A DNA stretch of 54,913 nt from a virus (Duplodnaviria; Caudoviricetes), in IMG/VR virus record IMGVR_UViG_3300021425_003774, positions 1 through 54,913 of that record; one strand, given 5' to 3'. The position numbers and the translations under genes are program-made. The notes under the pieces are model-generated. The model was not told the DNA's origin. It worked only from the letters and a program-made list of their open reading frames with translations, and made no database searches. Each line of letters begins with the position of its first letter. Position 1 is the first letter of the stretch. Shown in pieces: positions 21,364 through 31,584 of the stretch.

Positions 21364-22053
21364 ATGGCAACTAATGTATTCTTTAATAATTACGCTCGAA
21401 TCTCAGAGCAAACCTTAATTGATGATTTAGTAATTGAATCCATCAAACAATATGGTGTTGATGTCATTTACATTACAAGAGCAATTAAAGGCCGTGATAA
21501 TATATTCAATGAAGATGACTTTCCAGAATATAACGAAACTTTTGAATTTGAAGCCTATGTTAAAAATATGGAAGGCTTTGAAGGAGAAGGTGATTTCCTA
21601 TCTAAGTTTGGATTACAAATAAGAGACCAATTAACACTTACTGTTGCTAATAGAACTTTCGAAAGACACGTGACTCGAGAAGTTGTTGATCTTATTCGCC
21701 CAAGAGAAGGCGATCTAATTTACTTCCCACTTAATGAAAAGATTTTTGAAATTAAGAATGTTGAGCATGAAAGCATATTCTATCAAATGGGACAAACACA
21801 AGTCTATGATATGGTATGTGAATTAATAGAATACAGTAATCAAAGATTCAACACAGGTCGTGTTAATATCGATGAATACTTTGCTGAATATAATACGGAT
21901 ATAATTGTTGATGCAAACAATGCAACACTTAATGCAATTTCAACTACTGATGACCTTGCTCGTAACCTTGACTTCGAGGTTGAAGGTGATAGCATATTAG
22001 ATTTCTCAGAAGTAGATCCATTTAGCGAAAATATACAGATAAGTGATAACTAA
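21364..22053 (+). CDS. gp14: Neck protein gp14
   Basis: EQTLIDDLVIESIKQYG; GFEGEGDFLSKFGLQIRD; RPREGDLIYFPL. Confidence 0.93.
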   Translation: MATNVFFNNYARISEQTLIDDLVIESIKQYGVDVIYITRAIKGRDNIFNEDDFPEYNETFEFEAYVKNMEGFEGEGDFLSKFGLQIRDQLTLTVANRTFERHVTREVVDLIRPREGDLIYFPLNEKIFEIKNVEHESIFYQMGQTQVYDMVCELIEYSNQRFNTGRVNIDEYFAEYNTDIIVDANNATLNAISTTDDLARNLDFEVEGDSILDFSEVDPFSENIQISDN

Positions 22054-22910
22054 TGGCAATAGCAAACTATTTTTATAATTCTACGATTCGTAAATATGTT
22101 GCTTTATTTGGTACATATTTTAATCAATTAGAAGTTCGTAGAGCAAGTGCTGATGGGACATTAAATCAGAGGCAGATTGTACCTATATCATATGCACCTT
22201 ATCAAAAGATATTAGTTCGTCTTGACCAAGATCCTGCATTACAAGGTGGTGCAACAACAGATGCGAGAGGACAACCTATAGGAGGACAACCATACGGAAT
22301 TACATTACCTCGTATGTCTTTTGAATTAACAAGCTTTCAGTATGATGCAGAAAGAAAGGTTGCTCCTACAAGAAAAATAAGAAAGAAAGTAGTTGATGAA
22401 GCAAACGGTGGTCGTAGATTTGTATATTCAGGAACTCCATATAATATGGGATTCAGTTTATACATTATGGCAAAATACAACGAAGATGCTGTTAAACTAT
22501 TAGAACAAATTTTACCATTCTTTAATCCAGATTTTACAAGCACCGTAAATTTGATTACTGGGTTAGAGCCAATTGATGTACCTCTAATTTTGAATGATGT
22601 GCAATCAGAAGATATTTACGAAGAAGCCTTTACACAAAGAAGAAGTATATTATATACATTAAACTTTACAATGAAAGGTTGGTTCTTCGGACCTGAAAAG
22701 GATAAGAACACAATTAAATTTATTGATGTTCGTTACGCAAGTACTGATCTTGCGAATACATCGTTTGAAGAATTTCAAACAATACAACCTGGGTCGACTG
22801 CTAATAATGTTGCGACCACGGATATAACACAAACAGTTGATTATAGCTTAATTGAATTTGATGACAACTGGGACTTTATCGAGCAGATCTCTGATACTGA
22901 ACCTAGTTAA
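22053..22910 (+). CDS. gp15: Tail sheath stabiliser/terminator gp15
   Basis: YFYNSTIRKYVALFGTYFN; LPRMSFE; EQILPFFNP. Confidence 0.93.
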   Translation: MAIANYFYNSTIRKYVALFGTYFNQLEVRRASADGTLNQRQIVPISYAPYQKILVRLDQDPALQGGATTDARGQPIGGQPYGITLPRMSFELTSFQYDAERKVAPTRKIRKKVVDEANGGRRFVYSGTPYNMGFSLYIMAKYNEDAVKLLEQILPFFNPDFTSTVNLITGLEPIDVPLILNDVQSEDIYEEAFTQRRSILYTLNFTMKGWFFGPEKDKNTIKFIDVRYASTDLANTSFEEFQTIQPGSTANNVATTDITQTVDYSLIEFDDNWDFIEQISDTEPS

Positions 22911-22922
22911 AGAAGGAACAAT

Positions 22923-23372
22923 ATGATGAAAATTGGATTTACTTGTAGTAGCTTTGACCTACTTCATGCTGGACATGTTCAAATGCTGAGAGATGCAAAA
23001 GAGCAATGTGATTATTTAATTGTAGGATTACAAATGGATCCTGCCATTGACCGACCTAAAGAAAAGAACCCTCCTATACAAACTATCGTCGAGAGATATA
23101 CACAACTAAAAGCTGTAAGTTATGTTGATGAAATCATTCCGTATTCAACCGAAAGAGATCTTGAAGATATATTAGAATTATATACAATTCATGTTCGTAT
23201 CTTAGGTGAAGAATATAGAGATAAAGAATTTACAGGAAAAGATATTTGTCGTAAACGAGATGTTGAACTATTTTTCAATAAAAGAGATCATAGATTTAGT
23301 ACATCGTCTTTGAGAAAATCTTGTACTTGGGTGAATAAGGACGGCGATTGGAAGATGACTGCTGAGGGATAA
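22923..23372 (+). CDS. Cytidylyltransferase (TagD-like, glycerol-3-phosphate cytidylyltransferase family)
   Basis: GFTCSSFDLLHAGH, LIVGLQ, R.H.FSTSSLR. Confidence 0.85.
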   Translation: MMKIGFTCSSFDLLHAGHVQMLRDAKEQCDYLIVGLQMDPAIDRPKEKNPPIQTIVERYTQLKAVSYVDEIIPYSTERDLEDILELYTIHVRILGEEYRDKEFTGKDICRKRDVELFFNKRDHRFSTSSLRKSCTWVNKDGDWKMTAEG

Positions 23373-23380
23373 ATAATACT

Positions 23381-23920
23381 ATGACTGATGATAAAATAGC
23401 ACAGGCACTTAATATGAGACCACTTGAAGAAGTTGAGGCTGAGAAACAAGAAGCATTAGACAGATTAAATCCAGAAAAACTACCTGACCTTCCAATCAAT
23501 TCTTTTTCAACAAACGAAGATGTTGAATTGGTGCAAGAAAGTGTAGACGATGTGAAGAATTTGCCGCAAGAAAGTGTAATGCAACCTCCTGCTGTTATAT
23601 CAAAAGAAGCCGAAGAAAACTTAAAAGATATTGAATTGGCAAAAGCTAACATCGAGAATATTATTAATCTTGGTGATGATTCAGTTAAAGAGATGGTTGA
23701 AATCGCAAAACAGTCTGAATCACCTCGAGCATTTGAAGTTGTATCAACTCTTATGAAAACATTGCTTGATGCAAACAAAGATTATGTTGAAATGTCAACA
23801 AAGAAAAGATATGCTAAAGAAGAAGATACTTCAAACCAAGCTCAAATTACAAACAACAATTTAATAGTATCTACAGCAGATTTATTAAAAATGATAAAAG
23901 GCGATAATGAGAATGGATAG
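23381..23920 (+). CDS. gp16: Terminase small subunit gp16
   Basis: SESPRAFEVVSTL; NNNLIVSTADLLKMIK; lies directly before gp17. Confidence 0.88.
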   Translation: MTDDKIAQALNMRPLEEVEAEKQEALDRLNPEKLPDLPINSFSTNEDVELVQESVDDVKNLPQESVMQPPAVISKEAEENLKDIELAKANIENIINLGDDSVKEMVEIAKQSESPRAFEVVSTLMKTLLDANKDYVEMSTKKRYAKEEDTSNQAQITNNNLIVSTADLLKMIKGDNENG

Positions 23921-25526
23921 AGGATATCTTGGTAACTCTTATCTTAAAAAGATTGGAGAGCAAATTGAATTTACTCCGGAAATGTTAAAGGAGTATATGA
24001 AATGTTCACAAGATCCTGTTTACTTCGCCGAAAACTATATTAAAATCGTACATGTTGATAAAGGTTTAGTTAATCTAAATATGTATGATTATCAAAAAGA
24101 GATCACAAGAAAGATTACAGACTCAAGACGTGTTGCTGTATTAACCGCAAGACAGAGTGGTAAAACTACAACGGCAACCGCTGTTATATTGCACTACATC
24201 TTATTTAATGAATTCAAAACAGTTGCTATATTAGCAAACAAGGGTGATGCTGCAAGAGAGGTATTAAGCCGTATTCAATTAGCTTATGAAGCTTTACCTA
24301 AATGGATGCAGCAAGGTATTGAAGAATGGAATAAAGGTAACATAACTCTTGAGAATGGTTGTAAGATATATGCAGGAACAACTACTTCAAGCGCCATTCG
24401 TGGTAAGTCTATTTCCTTTCTATATCTTGATGAGGTTGCATTTATTGAAGGCTTTGATGAATTCTTTGCTTCTGTATATCCAACAATATCATCAGGTCAA
24501 AGTACAAAACTATTAATGACTTCTACTCCAAATGGTTTGAACCACTTTTGGAAAACATGTAAGGGTGCTAAAGAAGGTACAAATGGTTATGAATATGTTG
24601 AGGTTATGTGGCACGATGTACCTGGTAGAGATGAAGTATGGAAAGACGAAACTCTCGAAGCATTAGACTTTGACATGGAAAAATTTAATCAAGAGTACTG
24701 CTGTCAATTTTTAGGCAGTTCAGGAACTCTTATAAGTGGAGCCAAGCTTAAAGAACTTGCTCCTTCACGCCCAATTACTGAAAGCGAGAATGTAACGCAA
24801 TACGAAAAGGCCGAGCCGGGTCACTCGTATGTAATGACGGTCGATGTATCAAGAGGTAAAGGATTAGACTATTCAACCTTTACTATAGTTGATGTAACGG
24901 AAATGCCGTATAAGCAAGTTTGTTGCTTTCAGGATAATACCATAAGTCCAGTAGACTTTGCCTCCGTTATATATAGAATAGGGCTGATGTATAATGAGAG
25001 TGCTATTTTGATTGAGATTAATGATATCGGTGAACAAGTTGCTGATGTACTCTTAATGGACTACGGCTATGAGAATCTTCTCTTCACGGAAAATGCTGGA
25101 CGAGCAGGAAAGCAAGTTTCAAGTGGTTTTGGAGGGAAGCGTGCAGATCATGGAATACGAACAACACGAAGTGTAAAATCTAAAGGTTGTTCTATATTGA
25201 AACTATTAATTGAGCAGAATCAGTTAATAATACAAGATTATAATACAATACAGGAGTTATCACGATTTTCCAAAAAGGGTAATTCTTATGAGGCTGAAGC
25301 GGGATCTAATGATGATCTCGCAATGAATTTAGTTTTATTTGCTTGGTTATCAGACCAAAGGTTCTTTAGAGAACTGACAGATATTAATACATTAGCGGCT
25401 TTAAAAGAAAAAACAGAACAACAGCTTGATGAAGAATTGTTGCCTTTTGGCTTTATTGATACAGGAGATCCTATAGCTGATGAGCAAGGTTGGATCGAAT
25501 ATCCTCAACGAAGTTTTGAGATATAA
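23907..25526 (+). CDS. gp17: Terminase large subunit gp17
   Basis: ARQSGKTT Walker A, YLDEVAF Walker B, TSTPNG, DVSRGKGLDYS and DDLAM nuclease motifs. Confidence 0.97.
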   Translation: MRMDRGYLGNSYLKKIGEQIEFTPEMLKEYMKCSQDPVYFAENYIKIVHVDKGLVNLNMYDYQKEITRKITDSRRVAVLTARQSGKTTTATAVILHYILFNEFKTVAILANKGDAAREVLSRIQLAYEALPKWMQQGIEEWNKGNITLENGCKIYAGTTTSSAIRGKSISFLYLDEVAFIEGFDEFFASVYPTISSGQSTKLLMTSTPNGLNHFWKTCKGAKEGTNGYEYVEVMWHDVPGRDEVWKDETLEALDFDMEKFNQEYCCQFLGSSGTLISGAKLKELAPSRPITESENVTQYEKAEPGHSYVMTVDVSRGKGLDYSTFTIVDVTEMPYKQVCCFQDNTISPVDFASVIYRIGLMYNESAILIEINDIGEQVADVLLMDYGYENLLFTENAGRAGKQVSSGFGGKRADHGIRTTRSVKSKGCSILKLLIEQNQLIIQDYNTIQELSRFSKKGNSYEAEAGSNDDLAMNLVLFAWLSDQRFFRELTDINTLAALKEKTEQQLDEELLPFGFIDTGDPIADEQGWIEYPQRSFEI

Positions 25527-25533
25527 CATTTTT

Positions 25534-25541
25534 TATAAATA
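25534..25541 (+). promoter_or_regulatory. T4-type late promoter TATAAATA
   Basis: Exact consensus upstream of gp18. Confidence 0.8.
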
Positions 25542-25604
25542 AAACTGTGATAACTATAAATTAAAAAATAGGTTTAAATAGATAATAATTTAAAGGAGAA
25601 TAAT

Positions 25605-27527
25605 ATGGCTTTTTCCGTAAGTCCTTCCGTAATTGTTCGAGAGGTGGACGCATCAGCATCGGTTCCTGCCATCGCAACGCCGCCTGCAGCAGTAGCTGGT
25701 GTTTTCAGATGGGGTCCTGTTGGCGAGGCAGTACTTGTTTCTTCAGAGAATGAATTAGTAAACCGTTTCAGTACACCTGATAACGATAACTATGAAACAT
25801 TCTTTGTAGCAGCAGATTACCTTTCATATGCAAATGCTTTATATGTAGCTCGTGTCGATAATGGCGCAGTTGCTGCATCGGCTTCCGATACGTCAAATGC
25901 TAACAGTGCATTACATACGTTTGGTTCATTCGATGCTAAATATCCTGGGGATCTTGGTAATTCCTTGGAAGTTGCATATGTTAAAGATACTAACTTCGCT
26001 TCAGATATTATTGTTGTAGGTGATATTCCTTCAACAAGAATAAGTGGAAACAGCGAACAGCAGAACACCAATCAAACAACTACTTTTAACGCAACCTCAT
26101 TAAGTTTCGAAGTTGCACCATCAAATAGAATTACAGTTGCTAATGTCGCTGATGGCGATATTTTTGTAATCGGTAACGATTCAGTTGGATACCAATCAAT
26201 CCCAGTTTCTTCAATCACTGAAGAAGCAAGAGATTCAGCTGGTGATCCTACTGCGAATACAGTATTAACTACCGCATACCACTACACAGTTGCTTTAGAT
26301 CAAGCGTTTAGGCTTCCTGAAACTGATTTGAATAAACTTTCCATTGAAAAGAAATGGGGATATTCAGGTTCTTTCGGTAAGGCACCACAAACTGGTAACT
26401 ATCACATCGCCGTTATTGACGAAGATGGAGCAATCAGTGGAACAGCAGGAACATTATTAGAAACATATTCTGATGTATCAGTTTCAAGTACAGCAAAACT
26501 ATCAAGTGGTAAAACAAATTACTATAAAGAAGTTATTGAGCAAGAATCGTCTTGGGTAAAAGTTGCTAATACAACGCATTTTGAATCGAAAACAAAAGAA
26601 TACGAATCATTAGCAAATGGAGATGCAGGTAGAACTGAAACAGCGGCAACGTTGGCAGATCTTGCTGCAGGATACGATTTGTTTAAGAGTTCAAATGAAA
26701 TTGATGTTTCTTTTGTATTACAAGGTAAAGGTGATGATGCAGGTAATCTTGCTACATACCTTATCTCTAATATTGCAGATTACAGAAAAGATACGATCGC
26801 GTTTATCTCTCCTGCTAAATCTGACGTAGTTGACGAAAGTAAAACAGAAACTAAACTCGCAAATGTAATTGCATATAAGAATGCTTTACCTAGTTCTTCA
26901 TACTATGTAATGGATTCAGGTTACAAATACAGATACGACAGATACAACGATGTATATAGATACACTCCACTCAATGGTGATATAGCAGGTCTTGCTTCAA
27001 GAGTTGAACCTTTTGAATCTCCTGCCGGTTTCCGTAAGGGTGTAATCAAGAATGTTGTGAAGCTTGCCTTTAATCCTAACAAGGCTCAAAGAGATCAATT
27101 ATACAGTGCTGAAGTTAACCCAGTAATGAGTCAAGTAGGTCAAGGAATTGTCCTATTCGGTGATAAGACAGGTTTAGGTCAGAACAGTGCATTTGATAGA
27201 ATCAATGTTAGAAGACTGTTTATTGCAGTTGAAAAGGCAATCGCAAATGCTGCTCAATCGTTCTTATTTGAAATGAACGATGAATTCACTCAAGCTCAGT
27301 TCAAAGGAATTGTTGAACCATTCTTGAGAGATATTCAAGGAAGAAGAGGCATTGTTGATTTCAGAGTAGTTTCTGATGAAACAGTTAATACGCCAGCAAT
27401 TGTAGATCAAAGTAAGTTCAGAGCTAATATCTTTATTAAGCCTGCACGTTCAATCAATGTAATTGAGTTGACCTTTGTTGCTACAAGAAGCGGGGTTGAG
27501 TTTGAAGAAATTGTTGGGTCGCTCTAA
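25605..27527 (+). CDS. gp18: Tail sheath protein gp18
   Basis: SPSVIVREVD, FRWGP, FGDKT, FDRINVRRLF, IKPARSINVIELTFVA. Confidence 0.97.
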   Translation: MAFSVSPSVIVREVDASASVPAIATPPAAVAGVFRWGPVGEAVLVSSENELVNRFSTPDNDNYETFFVAADYLSYANALYVARVDNGAVAASASDTSNANSALHTFGSFDAKYPGDLGNSLEVAYVKDTNFASDIIVVGDIPSTRISGNSEQQNTNQTTTFNATSLSFEVAPSNRITVANVADGDIFVIGNDSVGYQSIPVSSITEEARDSAGDPTANTVLTTAYHYTVALDQAFRLPETDLNKLSIEKKWGYSGSFGKAPQTGNYHIAVIDEDGAISGTAGTLLETYSDVSVSSTAKLSSGKTNYYKEVIEQESSWVKVANTTHFESKTKEYESLANGDAGRTETAATLADLAAGYDLFKSSNEIDVSFVLQGKGDDAGNLATYLISNIADYRKDTIAFISPAKSDVVDESKTETKLANVIAYKNALPSSSYYVMDSGYKYRYDRYNDVYRYTPLNGDIAGLASRVEPFESPAGFRKGVIKNVVKLAFNPNKAQRDQLYSAEVNPVMSQVGQGIVLFGDKTGLGQNSAFDRINVRRLFIAVEKAIANAAQSFLFEMNDEFTQAQFKGIVEPFLRDIQGRRGIVDFRVVSDETVNTPAIVDQSKFRANIFIKPARSINVIELTFVATRSGVEFEEIVGSL

Positions 27528-27530
27528 CAG

Positions 27531-27538
27531 TATAAATA
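27531..27538 (+). promoter_or_regulatory. T4-type late promoter TATAAATA
   Basis: Exact consensus upstream of gp19. Confidence 0.8.
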
Positions 27539-27561
27539 TTTTTAAATAAAGGAGAATAAGA

Positions 27562-28095
27562 ATGGCATTTAATATTAATGAGTTCAAATCGCAGCTTACT
27601 GGCGGTGGTGCTCGTTCCAATCTATTCCAAGTGCAAATCCTCAACCCAGTAGATCCGTCTGCCGACTTTAAGGCGCCGTTTATGATTAAGACTGCAGGCT
27701 TACCTGCATCTGATGTAGCATCATTTACGGTTCCATATTTTGGAAGACAGGTTAAATATGCTGGTGACAGAACATTTGCTGATTGGGAAGTAACAGTAAT
27801 AAATGATGAAGATTTCTTAGTACGTAACTCATTGGAAGCGTGGTTGAATGCGTTAAATTCGCATGATTCAAATGTACGCGCATTACCGCAGGATTATAAA
27901 TCCAATGCATTGATTACTCAATACAGTAAAAGCGGTGATCCAATTAGAACGTATGTTTTTGAAGGTCTGTTCCCGACTTCGGTTTCACAGATCGCAATGG
28001 ATTGGTCAACTAACGACTCAATTCAGGAATTCACTTGTACCTTCTCATATGATTTATGGAAAGTTGAAGGTGCGACCGGTATTCCGACTACATAA
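27562..28095 (+). CDS. gp19: Tail tube protein gp19
   Basis: GGARSNLFQV; GRQVKYAGDRTFADWEVTVINDEDF. Confidence 0.95.
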   Translation: MAFNINEFKSQLTGGGARSNLFQVQILNPVDPSADFKAPFMIKTAGLPASDVASFTVPYFGRQVKYAGDRTFADWEVTVINDEDFLVRNSLEAWLNALNSHDSNVRALPQDYKSNALITQYSKSGDPIRTYVFEGLFPTSVSQIAMDWSTNDSIQEFTCTFSYDLWKVEGATGIPTT

Positions 28096-28111
28096 TTAAA
28101 TAGGTGATATT

Positions 28112-29635
28112 TTGAAAATTTTTGGCTTTGATATAAAGAGGGCAGAGGAGGAGACCACAATACCGGTCTCGTTTGCCGAACCCTCTAATGAAGATGGAGC
28201 AATTACGGTTGGTAATGCTCTAGGTGGATTTTATAATACAATTTTGGATATGGAAGGTTCCGCTAAAACGGAATCTGAACTTATTACAAAATATCGTCAC
28301 ATGGCAATGCAACCTGAAATAAGTCAGGCTCTGGATGACATTGTGAACGAAGCAATTAGTGTTGATACAGATGATAGGGTTGTTGAGATCTCATTAGGAG
28401 AAACTGAATTACCTGATAAAGTAAAGAAGACTATTGTTAAAGAATTTGATAATATACTTGCATTATTTGATTTTACAAACAATGCATATGATATGTTTTC
28501 AAAATTTTACGTTGATGGAAGATTAAATTATCATATTATTATTGACCCTGAAGATGTAAAGAAAGGTGTAATAGAATTAAGATATGTTGATCCTCGTAAG
28601 ATCAAATTAATTAGGGAAGTAGACAAGAAGACTAAAGATAAGCATTCTGGTATACCAACTAAAAAGGTAAAGAATGAATATTATATGTATTCTGAAAATG
28701 GTTTTCAGAATGCAGGTACAGGAGCCGGTGGCTCCACAAGTACATCAGGAATAAAAATTGCGAAGGACTCTGTAGCAAGAGTAACTTCAGGCTTGATGAA
28801 TGAGAATAACAGTTTAGTATTATCTCATTTACATCCAGCAACGAAAGCATTAAATCAGCTTCGTATGTTGGAAGATGCTGTTGTTATATACACATTAACG
28901 AGAGCACCAGAAAGAAGGATTTTTTATATTGATGTAGGTAATTTGCCAAAGAATAAGGCAGAGCAGTATTTAAGAGATATGATGGCTCGCCATAAAAACA
29001 AATTACAATATAATTCTGGTACAGGTGAAATCACCGATGCTAGAAAAATGTTAACAATGACTGAAGATTTTTGGTTCCCTCGTAGAGGTGGCGAAAGATC
29101 AACAGAGGTAGATACTTTAGCTGGTGGTAATGCACCAGGTTTGAGTGGAAACGAAAACTTAGAGTATTTTCAACGTAAATTATATAAGGCGTTGAAAGTA
29201 CCCTTAACTCGTTTAGAGCCAGAAGCAATGGCAACCTTTGGTAGAACGTCCGAGATTACTCGAGACGAATTAAAGTTTGGCAAATTTATTAGAAGAATTA
29301 GGACTCGTTTTTCATGGTTATTTAATGTTGTTTTAGAAAAACAGTTAGTACTCAAAGGTATATTAACACCTGAAGAGTTTAACGAAATTAGAAACGACTT
29401 AAGGTATGACTTTGTTAAAGATAATTATTTTGAAGAATTGAAAGAAGCTGAAATTTTGAGAGAAAGATTGAATACTCTCAGAGATATATCAGAATATACT
29501 GGAAAGTATTTCTCTCATCAGTGGATTACACGTAATGTTCTTCAAATGACTGACGAAGATATGCAATCAATGGAAGATGAAATTCAGCAGGAAAAGGACG
29601 CTGGAGGTCATCAAGACGATGATAATCCTTTTTAA
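28112..29635 (+). CDS. gp20: Portal protein gp20
   Basis: YVDGR; RAPERRIFYIDVGNLPK.KAEQY; EDFWFPRR; ITRDELKF. TTG start. Confidence 0.97.
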   Translation: MKIFGFDIKRAEEETTIPVSFAEPSNEDGAITVGNALGGFYNTILDMEGSAKTESELITKYRHMAMQPEISQALDDIVNEAISVDTDDRVVEISLGETELPDKVKKTIVKEFDNILALFDFTNNAYDMFSKFYVDGRLNYHIIIDPEDVKKGVIELRYVDPRKIKLIREVDKKTKDKHSGIPTKKVKNEYYMYSENGFQNAGTGAGGSTSTSGIKIAKDSVARVTSGLMNENNSLVLSHLHPATKALNQLRMLEDAVVIYTLTRAPERRIFYIDVGNLPKNKAEQYLRDMMARHKNKLQYNSGTGEITDARKMLTMTEDFWFPRRGGERSTEVDTLAGGNAPGLSGNENLEYFQRKLYKALKVPLTRLEPEAMATFGRTSEITRDELKFGKFIRRIRTRFSWLFNVVLEKQLVLKGILTPEEFNEIRNDLRYDFVKDNYFEELKEAEILRERLNTLRDISEYTGKYFSHQWITRNVLQMTDEDMQSMEDEIQQEKDAGGHQDDDNPF

Positions 29636-29643
29636 TATAAATA
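29636..29643 (+). promoter_or_regulatory. T4-type late promoter TATAAATA
   Basis: Exact consensus directly after the gp20 stop. Confidence 0.75.
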
Positions 29644-29674
29644 GGTAATATAAATTAAACATTAGGGACTAAAC

Positions 29675-30820
29675 ATGAAAAATTTTAAAGATCTAGTTTC
29701 GGAAGTTGCCCAGCCAAAGTCTCCCGAAGAAAAGCGCTTTAAGGATCAGCACACAATTGAATTAATACGTCATCCTGTTGCTCCTGACCACGTTTTTACC
29801 GGAGAGATAGCAGGCAAGAAAGATGCAAAGAGACCTGCTGATAAGGTTAACGACGAAGCTGACTACGACAAAGCGTATGCCAAGAAGAAAACACAAACTT
29901 TACCACAAAGAGGAACAGGAGATGGTAAGGATCTTGACGACGTTAAAGAATCAAAGAAATCCATAACTGAAATCCTTGGAGTAAATAAAAAGGTTAAAGA
30001 ATCAGACAAAAAGAAAGATGATTCAATGGAAGAAGAAGCAGCAATGCCTTCAAAATCCCATGTTATGGATATGTGCAAAGATGGATTAACCTTTGCAGAA
30101 ATCAAAAAGATGCACCCAGAAGCAGATGAAGATGAACTTAAAGCAATGGTAGATGCATGTAATGATGAACTTGGAGAAGGTAGTTGTAGCGGAGATCGTC
30201 TTAATGCAGAAAAGAAACCTGAGAAAAAAGTTAAAAAAGAATCAGATACAGAAGCGGCGGACACATTGGAACAACAACCAAAAGTCGCAAAGCCAAAGCC
30301 AAGCCAAGTTACAATAAAAGATTCAAACGGTAAAACAATCAGTCTAACATTCAAAGAAATGTTGAATAAAGTTTCCACAGAGGAAGAATTGCTTGAAAGT
30401 CCCCAACAAGAAATTCCTATGATGATGAAACAGTTAGAATTTATATGTTATGCATCAAATGAGATTGCTGATTACCTTGGTGAAAATGTAGATCCTGAAG
30501 AGTGGTGGCAAAATAAATTAGCAGAAGTATTCTCAAATGTTAAATCATTATATGCATATGCTAAAGGCGAACAAATGGTAAGTGGCCGTCCAATGGGAGC
30601 GGCAAAGGTATTCGCCAAAGCCTTCGGAGAATCTATTGAAGCAGGAACGTTTGATTTAGAAAATGCAACTTCAGTTGAAATCACAGAAGAAGATGCAGCA
30701 ATATTAAATAAAATGTTCGAAGAATTAACTGAAACAAATTCTAAAGAAATGTGGAAAGTTATGGTTGCTGATGAAGCAGGATATAGTGAAATATTGGAAT
30801 TTGCCAAGAATAACTTATAA
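29675..30820 (+). CDS. Charged putative prohead core/internal head protein (gp67/gp68 position)
   Basis: Lies between gp20 and gp21; K/E-rich; several (L/I)xE sites. Confidence 0.55.
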   Translation: MKNFKDLVSEVAQPKSPEEKRFKDQHTIELIRHPVAPDHVFTGEIAGKKDAKRPADKVNDEADYDKAYAKKKTQTLPQRGTGDGKDLDDVKESKKSITEILGVNKKVKESDKKKDDSMEEEAAMPSKSHVMDMCKDGLTFAEIKKMHPEADEDELKAMVDACNDELGEGSCSGDRLNAEKKPEKKVKKESDTEAADTLEQQPKVAKPKPSQVTIKDSNGKTISLTFKEMLNKVSTEEELLESPQQEIPMMMKQLEFICYASNEIADYLGENVDPEEWWQNKLAEVFSNVKSLYAYAKGEQMVSGRPMGAAKVFAKAFGESIEAGTFDLENATSVEITEEDAAILNKMFEELTETNSKEMWKVMVADEAGYSEILEFAKNNL

Positions 30821-30823
30821 ATA
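30816..30823 (+). promoter_or_regulatory. T4-type late promoter TATAAATA
   Basis: Exact consensus just before gp21. Confidence 0.7.
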
Positions 30824-30833
30824 GGTAAAAGCT

Positions 30834-31508
30834 ATGAATTTAATAACAGAATATACAGAGAGTTGCGAAGTAATCACCGAAGCTAAAGAAGACGGTAAAA
30901 AGAATTACTTTATTGAAGGTATCTTTATGCAAGGAGATATCAAAAATCGCAACGGAAGAATTTATCCAAGCTCGACGCTAGAAAGCGAGATGAATCGTTA
31001 TCAAAATGAATTTATTGATACAAAGCGCGCTCTTGGAGAACTAGGTCACCCTGATGGTCCACAAATCAACGGGGATCGTGTTTCGCATTTGATTACTGAA
31101 ATGAGACGCGATAAGAACGATTTTTATGGTAAGGCTAAAATCTTATCAACACCTATGGGGGAAATCGTTAAAAGCCTATTAGACGAAGGAGTAAAGATTG
31201 GAGTTTCGACTCGAGGTCTTGGTTCGGTCAAGGCAGGTAGAGATGGAGTAATGGAAGTACAAAAGGATTTCCACCTTTCTACTGTTGATATTGTTACTGA
31301 CCCTTCAGCACCAAACGCGTTCGTAAATGGTATCATGGAGAACGTAGAGTATTACTACGATATAGCTTCTGGTAACTGGAAAGCAACACAAGTTGTTGAA
31401 CAAGTACAGGAAGAAGTTGAAAAACAATATAGAAAAGTAGTAAAGACTATTGATGAAGCAACGGCAACAAGAATGTTTGAAACATTCGTTCGTTCTTTGA
31501 GAAACTAA
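30834..31508 (+). CDS. gp21: Prohead protease gp21
   Basis: IEGIFMQ..NRNGRIY; ALGELGHP; GVSTRGLGS; DIVTDPSAPNAFV. Confidence 0.96.
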   Translation: MNLITEYTESCEVITEAKEDGKKNYFIEGIFMQGDIKNRNGRIYPSSTLESEMNRYQNEFIDTKRALGELGHPDGPQINGDRVSHLITEMRRDKNDFYGKAKILSTPMGEIVKSLLDEGVKIGVSTRGLGSVKAGRDGVMEVQKDFHLSTVDIVTDPSAPNAFVNGIMENVEYYYDIASGNWKATQVVEQVQEEVEKQYRKVVKTIDEATATRMFETFVRSLRN

Positions 31509-31513
31509 CTTTT

Positions 31514-31521
31514 TATAAATA
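31514..31521 (+). promoter_or_regulatory. T4-type late promoter TATAAATA
   Basis: Exact consensus upstream of gp22. Confidence 0.8.
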
Positions 31522-31584
31522 AAATAGACAAGTTTATTATAATTAGATATTTGTAAATTAAAAACAAATTTAAAGGAGAAAATA

